A DNA stretch of 64,000 nucleotides from a virus. Its lineage: Duplodnaviria; Caudoviricetes. The stretch lies in the IMG/VR virus record IMGVR_UViG_3300020365_000001. One strand, written 5' to 3'. The translations under genes were made by a program, and so were the position numbers. Position 1 is the stretch's first letter. Every line of letters starts with the position of its first letter. Of this stretch, positions 55,999 to 64,000 are shown piece by piece. The notes under the pieces were generated by a model. That model was not told the origin of the DNA. It worked only from the letters and a program-made list of their open reading frames with translations, and searched no databases.

Positions 55999-56193
55999 TC
56001 AGCGAGCTTTGATCGCTGCGGCAACTGTCTCCAGAAGTTTATCATCCATGTCAGTCTTTGTCAATTTGACTGCTTTACCAAGGATGACCAAACAAACTTC
56101 AATAAGTTTCTCTCCAAGTTCCTCGTTTTCGGGGATCTTGTTTACTGCATCCGAAATAACTTTCGTTGCCAATGGAAGAAGGAATGATAGCAT
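55999..56193 (-). CDS. Small conserved hypothetical protein
   Basis: KAV.LTKTDMDDKL motif. Confidence 0.7.
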   Translation of the reverse strand: MLSFLLPLATKVISDAVNKIPENEELGEKLIEVCLVILGKAVKLTKTDMDDKLLETVAAAIKAR

Positions 56194-56223
56194 GATGATA
56201 AACCAATATAATAATTATATAGG

Positions 56224-56940
56224 TCAGACTCCCCTCAGTAATCGATTCAGCAATTCTGCTCCACGACCTGCTGCACTTTTCTTCTCAAGATTTTTCTTTT
56301 CTTGAGTAGTCATGTGCTTGTTAGCATCATTCTTTGCCCGGATGTCGTCATCAATACCCTCCGGCATGTTGCTCACATACTTACCCTTCGCCTTGTCATA
56401 ACGACGGACCTCACCTTTACGCAAGGGTTTTTCACCAGAGTCTTTACGATAATCTTTCCAAGACTTGCCATGCTTCATACGCATGTCTTGTTCTTTATTA
56501 CTCTTTTCACTTTTCTCAATTCTTTTCATTGCCTTACGGTCTGAAAGAATACTAGACCGAAGTGCTTCCGACTGGAACCGATCACGGAACTTACGGAGAG
56601 GCATAGATTTGTCACGAAACTCTTTCTTAGATTCGTAACCACTAGGTTTAGATCCATCCTTAGTGGATGAACGACGACCCAAAGACTTCCTTTCAGAAGA
56701 CTGACTCATCTTACCAGGTTTACCGTACTGAGACTTGAACTTCTCATCGATGGTACTTTCTTTCATTTTCTTCTTCTCAGGTAAACCTTTGTGTTTGGTT
56801 TTAGCAAATTTCTTTACGCTGGACACACTGGTGGTGGCGGCAATTTGGGAAACCTTAGGCGACGGCGCTTCCAGTTCCCCTTTTTGAGCCGCTCTAACCA
56901 TCCCGAAGAGTCTTTGTTGGGATCGGGACTTGGCGGGCAT
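56224..56940 (-). CDS. Lys/Arg-rich probable internal head protein
   Basis: MPAKS..QQRLFGMV...FAKTKHKGLPEKK; modules separated by xxE sites. Confidence 0.65.
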   Translation of the reverse strand: MPAKSRSQQRLFGMVRAAQKGELEAPSPKVSQIAATTSVSSVKKFAKTKHKGLPEKKKMKESTIDEKFKSQYGKPGKMSQSSERKSLGRRSSTKDGSKPSGYESKKEFRDKSMPLRKFRDRFQSEALRSSILSDRKAMKRIEKSEKSNKEQDMRMKHGKSWKDYRKDSGEKPLRKGEVRRYDKAKGKYVSNMPEGIDDDIRAKNDANKHMTTQEKKNLEKKSAAGRGAELLNRLLRGV

Positions 56941-56943
56941 GGG

Positions 56944-58635
56944 TCAGTCTGACTCCCCTTGGCGTGGTTTGTATGGGTTGTGGTTGGCATTCCTCTTCTT
57001 CTGTGCAAGTTTGCCTTTGATCTTGTCCACAGGGGTTACACCTTTGTAACCTTTCTTACCGGGTTGCTTCTTCTTACCCTGAGGTTGAATAGCTTTACCA
57101 CGGGAGGACATCATACCACCGGTCTTACGCATTTCGCGAGAGACCTTATCGAATGCACTCTTACCATCACGGGTTCCGCCCTTCTCGGACTTGTTCCCAG
57201 TCTTGAAATCCTTTCCAGTTTCCTTAGCGTAACGAGTACGCTCAATCATCTGGAGTGCTTGCTCTTCTACAGAGTCAAGCATAGAGTTGTCAGAACTCTG
57301 AGGGAGGAGAGCACCCTTCATGATGTTCTCCTTTGCCTGCTGACGCTTCTTCTTGGTCTTCGCCAGGATCCGTGCCTTAGCAGCATCGGCATCCTTTTGA
57401 GGAACACGGTACCCATCACGGTCAGTCTTCAGACGTTCCATGGGTTTGTCGGAACAGGCACCCTCGGTCTTCAACTGAGGGTTGATCTCGATCTTGTTCT
57501 TGACGCCGCTAGTCTGAATGTCTAGTTTTTCAGTCTTAGCGGCTTCGGAAAAAAAACCTTCGCCCATCTCCTGACGCCAGTCCGAATACTCCTTGACACA
57601 GTTAGGAACAACGCGACCGTTCTTTTCCTTAGTACCCTTTGCCTTGTAACCTTTCCAGCAGGTGCTAGCGCCCACGTTCTTACGTGCTGCCTTCATGCTG
57701 CCTTCATCGATTGCATCACCTTCGGGTTCAAAGGAGTTGGCAAGTTTTACATGAGGTGCCAACTTGTACAGAGGTTTGCCATCAATCTTGCTCTTCATGC
57801 CCGACTTATAGTTGCGGAATGCAGGAGTATTGCCCTTCACATCAGCATTAGTGATGGTGTATACCTCGCCGCAGAGTTCTACCTCCTCGGCATGCTCCAT
57901 CTCCTCCTTCTTGTACTGAGGATGGTCGTCAACTTTGTGACCACGCTTCTTCTCAAGACGTGCCTTACGCTCTTCAGTTCCCTTCTTAGGATCAGGGTCA
58001 CGTACACCCTCAACGTTCAGAGTCTTGGGATAATCCTTGTCACCTTTCTTGGCAGGTTTTTCACCACGCTTACGCTTGGCATGGATGTTATCCCAGAGAC
58101 CTTTTTTCTTCTCTTCCAGAGTCTCCTCATTACTCATGCTGTTTTGACGCACGGTGTTTGAGGTTTGAGCAGAAGGACGAGCAGTGGGTCGAGGAGTACG
58201 GTTGATCTTTACGCCAATTTTTTCAAGGGCACCTTGACCTGCTTTGGTTGCCTTATCAACCATGCCTGCCAGGTCTTCAGTAATACCGGTCTCCTTATCT
58301 TGGCGACGCTGAGTTCCCACTGCCTTCACGGCACGGGACTTCATGCTCATACCCTTCTTATTTTCTGCCTTGCGGGTAGGACGAGGTGCTTCTCTCTTCT
58401 CTGGCTTTGCTGCCATCGAGAACTTCTCATCAACAGTCTCTACCTCTTCCTTACGGGTGTCATTCCCGTCTGCTTTGCCACCCTTGGCACGTTGAATAGC
58501 ATTATGCACAACGCCAGCGTGTTCTTTGGAACCGCTCTCTACTTTACCGTCTCCATCATAATCTTTCTTCGCCTTCTTCTCTTCGAGATAGGGGCGACGA
58601 AGGTCCTCATATGACTGTGCCCAAGGGTTACTCAT
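56944..58635 (-). CDS. Lys/Glu-rich modular probable internal head polyprotein
   Basis: Basic modules punctuated by (L/I/V)xE; GATAAATA late promoter upstream. Confidence 0.65.
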   Translation of the reverse strand: MSNPWAQSYEDLRRPYLEEKKAKKDYDGDGKVESGSKEHAGVVHNAIQRAKGGKADGNDTRKEEVETVDEKFSMAAKPEKREAPRPTRKAENKKGMSMKSRAVKAVGTQRRQDKETGITEDLAGMVDKATKAGQGALEKIGVKINRTPRPTARPSAQTSNTVRQNSMSNEETLEEKKKGLWDNIHAKRKRGEKPAKKGDKDYPKTLNVEGVRDPDPKKGTEERKARLEKKRGHKVDDHPQYKKEEMEHAEEVELCGEVYTITNADVKGNTPAFRNYKSGMKSKIDGKPLYKLAPHVKLANSFEPEGDAIDEGSMKAARKNVGASTCWKGYKAKGTKEKNGRVVPNCVKEYSDWRQEMGEGFFSEAAKTEKLDIQTSGVKNKIEINPQLKTEGACSDKPMERLKTDRDGYRVPQKDADAAKARILAKTKKKRQQAKENIMKGALLPQSSDNSMLDSVEEQALQMIERTRYAKETGKDFKTGNKSEKGGTRDGKSAFDKVSREMRKTGGMMSSRGKAIQPQGKKKQPGKKGYKGVTPVDKIKGKLAQKKRNANHNPYKPRQGESD

Positions 58636-58667
58636 CTTACAAACGTGTTATACCGTAGTTTTATTTA

Positions 58668-59564
58668 TCAAAAGTCCATTGCGAGAAAAAACCTGTCTAC
58701 CTCTCTTGCTTCAGAGATCCACGCTCTAAAAATTTGCTTGTCCTCAGACATACAAATCAAATGATTTGCACCGCGACGGAAGACTTGTCCAGTCTTTCCA
58801 TTTGATTCAATGATCGATCCATTTTTGAAGATGTCGCCTGCAATATATTGCTCACGAATACTACGCTCATCCACAGGAATCACATTCATCATGACATAAT
58901 TGTAGAGTTTCCCATTACCCTTCATTGCGAGTTCTGAGATTTCTTTTGCTCTTGACTGTCGTACAACGATACTAATTGCATCAAAACCGTTTTCATAGAG
59001 TGAGGAGAGGACATCGTAGATGGTCTCTGCGTTGGTGTCGTCAACGAAGGCATCGCCAATCTCAGGATATGCATCTTTTAGTTCTTGAATGTTTGTATCC
59101 CTGCTAGGGAAAATGTAATAGTAGTCACCACCAGAAACTTCTTCGACCGCTTGAAGAATGTTTACAGTAGTTTCGTCATTGTCAAATTTGTCAAAAGCAA
59201 TAGTCAGGGGTTGATCTCTACTGACTTGCTGTAGTGCTGCTTTGGCCTGACCGTTAGTAGAATTAGGATTAGCGTTGTCAGCAGCAGATCCACCTGCCGC
59301 GCTCTTTTGTTGACCACCATCATCACGACTACTGCCCTTGCGAGCAACCACCTGAGCGGCAGAGGATCCAGGAGTTCCCAATTCATCATCTTTACCAGCA
59401 CGAGCGTCGAACATTTGAAGTTCTCCGCGTACTGTTTTTGCTTTCAGTACACCGGTTCTATCATACCAATCGCCGTGACCGTCCCCGACCAATCCCAGTC
59501 GCCGTGCTTCCTGGGATGCCTTGGTGATCCTTGCTTCTGTTATGAAAGATGAGAACTTTTTCAC
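58668..59564 (-). CDS. Degenerate cytidyltransferase-like protein with a capsid-targeting-like N-terminus
   Basis: GTG start MKKFSSFITE-A; GL.GDGHGDWYD; IREQYIAG.IF..G; HIGH motif absent. Confidence 0.65.
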   Translation of the reverse strand: MKKFSSFITEARITKASQEARRLGLVGDGHGDWYDRTGVLKAKTVRGELQMFDARAGKDDELGTPGSSAAQVVARKGSSRDDGGQQKSAAGGSAADNANPNSTNGQAKAALQQVSRDQPLTIAFDKFDNDETTVNILQAVEEVSGGDYYYIFPSRDTNIQELKDAYPEIGDAFVDDTNAETIYDVLSSLYENGFDAISIVVRQSRAKEISELAMKGNGKLYNYVMMNVIPVDERSIREQYIAGDIFKNGSIIESNGKTGQVFRRGANHLICMSEDKQIFRAWISEAREVDRFFLAMDF

Positions 59565-59763
59565 TGATTTTTCGTAAGATCTCGGAATTATTATTTTGAA
59601 CAAACACCATCAGTGGCGTCTGATACTGTTTATATTTATCTTGTGTCTGCAAGATGCAGTATAGAAACCTTTGAAAGTCTTCGATACGTTTCCTGTTTGT
59701 CATCCTACGTTTACCATAGTTCTCTGCGTAAACGTCGATAGCACTATCCAAAAAATCAATCAT
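59461..59763 (-). CDS. Hypothetical protein
   Basis: ATGA-coupled to the upstream gene. Confidence 0.5.
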   Translation of the reverse strand: MIDFLDSAIDVYAENYGKRRMTNRKRIEDFQRFLYCILQTQDKYKQYQTPLMVFVQNNNSEILRKISEKVLIFHNRSKDHQGIPGSTATGIGRGRSRRLV

Positions 59764-60689
59764 CGTGGGTCTCCTGATAGTTTCATAGCACCGGAAAATT
59801 TGTAGGACTTGAACTTGTAGCGTATGTTGAACAGTGCAGTGGACCCAGCGTTGACAGTGATACTGTTTTTACCTGCCTTGACAAACGTGATGCGTTTCGT
59901 ATTGATAGCATCCATTTTGCTGTTGGCAAGTGGGTCCATTCCAACAGCATTATAGCGTCCTTTCTCCCCGGACCCTGTTATTTTGAGGTATGGTGGGTAT
60001 GCATTTGTTGCATCTAACCAACTACTAATAAGATATTGCCTACGTTGCTGTTGACTGACGATGTTATTGAGTTTGGCAAAGAGTTGATCCCTACAATAAG
60101 TCTCAACCTCAGACCCCTTCTCATTCAAAATTTTGTAACGCTCATCACCTGACTCTTTCCACCTCCTCATCTGCAATGTTCTATTTGCCTTAGTCATTCT
60201 GGCAAAGTCAGGGTAGTCCTCTAGTGCTTCTTCCTCTGCTGCTGCAATATAACCAGCAAGATTCAAACCTAGATCAGCATCAACTGTGCCCACACCAGGG
60301 TTTTTGAAACCAACGTCACCGGAGATAGTTGACTTAGCAGACAGTCCTAAGAATCCTCCCATGGCATACTGAACAAGAATGTCTGCGGGAAACTTTGTTT
60401 GATTTACTTTCACTCCTACTATGGGAAGGAAATCAAATCCAGGTTTGGCAGTCCAGTAGACAGAATCTATAATTGTACCATATCCTTTTCGTTCTGCCAT
60501 CTTGGTAAACTCTTTTACCATTGCTTCAGCACGACCTATCTGATCTTTATACTCTTGATCAGACAATGCTGTCTTCTTTCTATTGAAAGTTTGTTCAGTT
60601 ATACGATCAGGAAACTGATCTCCGTTCAACAAATAAGCACACCAAATTTCATTTACGTCCGCTAACCTGGTGTTGTCTCCTCTTGTCAT
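59760..60689 (-). CDS. Putative restriction-fold (PD...SxK) endonuclease
   Basis: N-terminal NE helix; PADILV...GLSAK. Confidence 0.5.
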   Translation of the reverse strand: MTRGDNTRLADVNEIWCAYLLNGDQFPDRITEQTFNRKKTALSDQEYKDQIGRAEAMVKEFTKMAERKGYGTIIDSVYWTAKPGFDFLPIVGVKVNQTKFPADILVQYAMGGFLGLSAKSTISGDVGFKNPGVGTVDADLGLNLAGYIAAAEEEALEDYPDFARMTKANRTLQMRRWKESGDERYKILNEKGSEVETYCRDQLFAKLNNIVSQQQRRQYLISSWLDATNAYPPYLKITGSGEKGRYNAVGMDPLANSKMDAINTKRITFVKAGKNSITVNAGSTALFNIRYKFKSYKFSGAMKLSGDPR

Positions 60690-61846
60690 TACACCATAGT
60701 TTTAGTATCCTCATCTGTTATATATCCATTCCCATCCATACGTTCAACATCTGGAGTATTAGATCCAAAAGTTTTTTTGATGACTGCAATGTAATCATCA
60801 TTGAGTTCCAAACCAGTGACTGTCTTTTGAAAATTTACTCCCTCCTTTGTGCGTTCTCTATTTGCAGAAGGAGTTTTTAGTTTATTGTCTCTATAGAATG
60901 CATCTCCATTGCTCTCATAGATGTATTTTTTTGATGCCCACTTATACTCCCGCAAATCTCGCCATGCACTATTGGCAGTTTGATGAGTGATAGACCAACG
61001 TTGCCAGTTAGGAGTATCAAAGAATGCCCAAACGTTTTCCTCAGGTTCTACTGGGTGCAAATTATATTGCTTAGCACATCTTAGTGTAACGTACTGATAC
61101 TTTGCCATAAAACTCCATGCCCAATGCCATTGCTTTAGATTTGGATTCTTTGTATTCAGTACCACCGAGACGCACTTGTCAAGTATCTTGATATTTCTTT
61201 CAGGGGTATTCTCTCTAAAGCATTTTTCACGTTCTTCTTCATTGTATATAAAAACCCTACCCGTACCATATATTTGATCACCTACTTCACCAGTAACGAA
61301 AAAGTTATTTGGATCATTGACATATGGAGTAAGGCATTCATCTGGTTTATTGTTTGATCCAGAACAAATGTGAGAAGTCAGAGGAGAAGTAGGATCTATA
61401 TCTGTATGAGCATGTTGAATGGGTGTTGCGAGACTGTGCTTCATAATATCCTTGTAACCAGTCTCACACTCGGCTATAGATCCAGCATCAAAGTGAACTT
61501 GAAAAGGAACTTCTGCTCTAATGAAAGCATATAACGCTACTGTGCTGTCAATTCCACCAGACCACAGTAGGTTTATTGTTCGGCCACGTGCTTTCTCTAC
61601 CAGGATCTCAACAGCGTCTGCACACACCTCTTCCACGGTCATCTCCGTGAAGAAGTTATCAGGCATTGGTGATATGATTTTATAATTACGCTTAGTCTTT
61701 AGTTTTCCAGCTCTACATACAAATCTGGTTTGATAATATCGATCAATATATAATTCATCTGGGTAAAAATTCTTTTCTATTAGTCTGGGGATACCATGGA
61801 AAGATCTAGGTAAATACTCCGCCCCCCAATGCCAGTCAGGATGCAT
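60689..61846 (-). CDS. PP-loop ATPase, asparagine-synthetase C-domain-like
   Basis: LLWSGGIDST, VTGEVGDQIYG; no N-terminal Cys glutaminase domain. Confidence 0.65.
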   Translation of the reverse strand: MHPDWHWGAEYLPRSFHGIPRLIEKNFYPDELYIDRYYQTRFVCRAGKLKTKRNYKIISPMPDNFFTEMTVEEVCADAVEILVEKARGRTINLLWSGGIDSTVALYAFIRAEVPFQVHFDAGSIAECETGYKDIMKHSLATPIQHAHTDIDPTSPLTSHICSGSNNKPDECLTPYVNDPNNFFVTGEVGDQIYGTGRVFIYNEEEREKCFRENTPERNIKILDKCVSVVLNTKNPNLKQWHWAWSFMAKYQYVTLRCAKQYNLHPVEPEENVWAFFDTPNWQRWSITHQTANSAWRDLREYKWASKKYIYESNGDAFYRDNKLKTPSANRERTKEGVNFQKTVTGLELNDDYIAVIKKTFGSNTPDVERMDGNGYITDEDTKTMV

Positions 61847-61863
61847 AATATATCGATAGGTAC

Positions 61864-61890
61864 AAAAAAACCGGGGTATGACCCCCGGTT
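61864..61890 (-). terminator. Intrinsic terminator after the dctP-like gene
   Basis: AACCGGGG...CCCCGGTT followed by a T-run. Confidence 0.8.
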
Positions 61891-61915
61891 ATTTATTAGG
61901 ATGTGAGCGATAAGA

Positions 61916-62860
61916 TCACTTGGTGTTCTTGATACTATCAATCAAACCATCAGAGAACATGTCTGAGAACTGATCATACAGGTATGCAGTTGCATCCTTG
62001 AAACGACCACGCTCTGCGTCAGACATGGTGACAACAGTGATGTCTTCTTCTTTACACTGAGATTTCACAACATCGATGTCTTCAACAGACCAGACACGCT
62101 CAGCACGTGCTGCGTCGAAGGACGCTGCTTCGATTTTTCCTTTCAACTCTTCGTCAAGAGTTTCCCAGAAGTCGCTTGCAACGATGATGGAAGTAAGGAA
62201 GAGACTATGCTCTGCGTCATTGATGGTATCCATGCACTCGTTTTGCTTCAGACCGAAGAAACGAGGATAGGTAGACTCACCACCAACAATCTCACCATCT
62301 TGGACACCCTCATTGATCTGCTCAAGTTCAATGGGGACGGGGATTGCACCAACTGCTTTCAGGGTTTCCTGAGCAATGGGTGATTTGTTACAACGAAGGC
62401 GGACGCCTTCAAAATCTTCAATTGTGTGCAGTTCCGTGTTAGCAGGGATCATGCGGAAACCACCAGAATAGGTGAAGGCAAGACCCTGAACATTGGAATC
62501 CTTATTTAGTCCGTCGAGGAGAGATTTTCCAACCTCACCTTCCAGGACATTTTTCGCGTGGTCGTGATCACGGAACAAGAAAGGCATATCAAGTGCCCAC
62601 ATGTCCCGGTGATGCTTCCTACCAAGTGTAGACGTATACATCTGCGACATCTCTACCTCACCATCCTCCATGAGTTGGAGGAGGTCATGTTTGGTGATGG
62701 TAGCACCGCCCTTGTACTTATCTGAATACTCAGAAAGGGTCAGAATTTCAACGTTTAGTTCTCCAGGAGCACACGCTTCCATGGAAGCTTTGAAACGCTT
62801 TGCTGCTCTGAGGAACAATTCAATCGGTTCATGGGCTAGAACCCAGCGAATTGTTTTCAT
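61916..62860 (-). CDS. dctP: TRAP transporter solute-binding protein (DctP family), no signal peptide
   Basis: LDMPFLFRD, GGFR, DFEGVRLR, GAIPVPI...VQDG.IVG.E. Confidence 0.82.
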   Translation of the reverse strand: MKTIRWVLAHEPIELFLRAAKRFKASMEACAPGELNVEILTLSEYSDKYKGGATITKHDLLQLMEDGEVEMSQMYTSTLGRKHHRDMWALDMPFLFRDHDHAKNVLEGEVGKSLLDGLNKDSNVQGLAFTYSGGFRMIPANTELHTIEDFEGVRLRCNKSPIAQETLKAVGAIPVPIELEQINEGVQDGEIVGGESTYPRFFGLKQNECMDTINDAEHSLFLTSIIVASDFWETLDEELKGKIEAASFDAARAERVWSVEDIDVVKSQCKEEDITVVTMSDAERGRFKDATAYLYDQFSDMFSDGLIDSIKNTK

Positions 62861-62886
62861 CGGATATTATACAGGATTACAGATGT

Positions 62887-62894
62887 ATTTATAA
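62887..62894 (-). promoter_or_regulatory. T4-type late promoter TATAAATA
   Basis: Perfect TATAAATA about 26 nt upstream of the dctP start. Confidence 0.7.
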
Positions 62895-62902
62895 GTATGT
62901 GA

Positions 62903-63157
62903 TCAGATATACACGCGATCACCATCGGCAGTCGTACGACGCTGCCAGTCGTTACGGTTCCACAGACGTTCGTGGAGGATATACAGAGTGGAGTTGATGA
63001 CAAGTGCCATCAGACCGATAGTCAGACCCTTCCAGGGGTTACCAGAGACGATCCAACCAATCACAGAGTTGGTCACCATCATCCAGGAACGCCAGGTAAC
63101 AGCTTTGGTCACGGTACGAGGAAAACGCTCGAACCACTTAGGGGATGCAAAGGACAT
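62903..63157 (-). CDS. DUF2061 small membrane protein
   Basis: RTVTKAVTWR...LYILHERLWN. Confidence 0.8.
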   Translation of the reverse strand: MSFASPKWFERFPRTVTKAVTWRSWMMVTNSVIGWIVSGNPWKGLTIGLMALVINSTLYILHERLWNRNDWQRRTTADGDRVYI

Positions 63158-63224
63158 TTTGTTGCTACAAAAAATTACAGGTATTACATGACGATCTTTA
63201 CTGAGGCGGCATCACTCCTCGTTT

Positions 63225-63911
63225 CTACACCCAGTATTTTACTATCGGATGAACTTGTTCGTCAAGTTCATGATTCTTTGGATACTGGTGGAGCAGAGCA
63301 ATTGATTTATTTGCTCTTAGTGTGAAACTATTCAATTGGTTAGGAGACTCACCATCTCTATATGAGTAGATACAGTGAGGAAGTTGAGTTCTTTTTACTT
63401 TTTCATTATGATAAAAGTCGTCTGTTCCTGCGTACTTCGCCACAAATTCTCGTGGAGACTGCATGAAATATTCGTAAACTCGCGTTGCGTCTCTCCAAAC
63501 AATTACTGATGAATTATATAGTGATTTGCGTGGGTTACGCATTTTGAATGGGACGCCCTTCCAAGTAGAGTAGACTAATGCGAACTCTGCATCATGATCA
63601 AGAACCTCAGTTATATCACCATGTATGATGACATCTAGATCAAAAAAGATCTTTCTTTCGTAGGTAGAAATATCAGGATGGACAAACATTTGGATCTTCC
63701 ACCATGCTGCCCACCAGTTCTCCCACGTTAGGTATTCGGTTACGTCAATAGGGATGACGTTTACCTCTGAGTTGATGTCTGATGCGTCGTCTGTGAAGCA
63801 ATAAAAGGGTGCATCGGTTTGGAGACGCACCATATTATAAAGCTTGTTTACGTACTGTGCATCAAATTTGTCACCGATCTTGATGCAGGTGATGCAGTAA
63901 TCAGATGTCAC
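63225..63911 (-). CDS. Glycosyltransferase-like protein (DxD)
   Basis: CIKIGDKF...YVNKLYNMV, FYCFTDD, WWK, FFDLDVII, YNSSV; probable GTG start at 63911. Confidence 0.7.
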   Translation of the reverse strand: MTSDYCITCIKIGDKFDAQYVNKLYNMVRLQTDAPFYCFTDDASDINSEVNVIPIDVTEYLTWENWWAAWWKIQMFVHPDISTYERKIFFDLDVIIHGDITEVLDHDAEFALVYSTWKGVPFKMRNPRKSLYNSSVIVWRDATRVYEYFMQSPREFVAKYAGTDDFYHNEKVKRTQLPHCIYSYRDGESPNQLNSFTLRANKSIALLHQYPKNHELDEQVHPIVKYWV

Positions 63912-64000
63912 CTTCTTGACGATTCTCCGAATAGAACTCGCTGAACGTACCCTCAGGGAAACGTGCTTCGAGTTTCTTGACATTCATATCTAGCACTTCA
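63901..64000 (-). CDS. mazG: MazG-like pyrophosphatase, C-terminal fragment
   Basis: ...EVLDMNVKKLEARFPEGTFSEFYSENRQEGDI*. Confidence 0.75.
   Translation of the reverse strand, partial: EVLDMNVKKLEARFPEGTFSEFYSENRQEGDI

Noticed and set aside
60689-61846. Lasso-peptide cyclase interpretation of the AsnB-like protein
   Set aside because: No B1/B2 protease or precursor peptide is recognisable nearby.

Overview
64 kb from a T4-like marine cyanomyophage (Kyanoviridae-like, probably infecting Synechococcus). Almost all genes are on the minus strand. In window order: (1) baseplate/head-completion genes (gp26, gp54-like, gp4, gp2, gp48, gp53); (2) replication and late-transcription genes (gp32, gp59, gp33, exonuclease, phoH, thyX), interleaved with three radical SAM enzymes and a three-part carbamoyltransferase; (3) a tandem glutamine-riboswitch/DUF4278 locus in which a 53-codon ORF appears to sit inside the second aptamer; (4) photosynthesis genes (petF, petE, psbD, psbA); (5) an ~18-kb glycosylation and nucleotide-sugar island; (6) pentose-phosphate genes (talC, gnd, zwf) plus an unannotated ndhP-like gene; (7) nrdB, nrdA and primase; (8) probable internal head proteins; (9) a module with an AsnB-like protein, a signal-less TRAP DctP and DUF2061; (10) the 3' end of mazG. 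No tRNA, rRNA, CRISPR array, intron or intein was recognised. Family assignments come from motif recognition by eye, not database searches.
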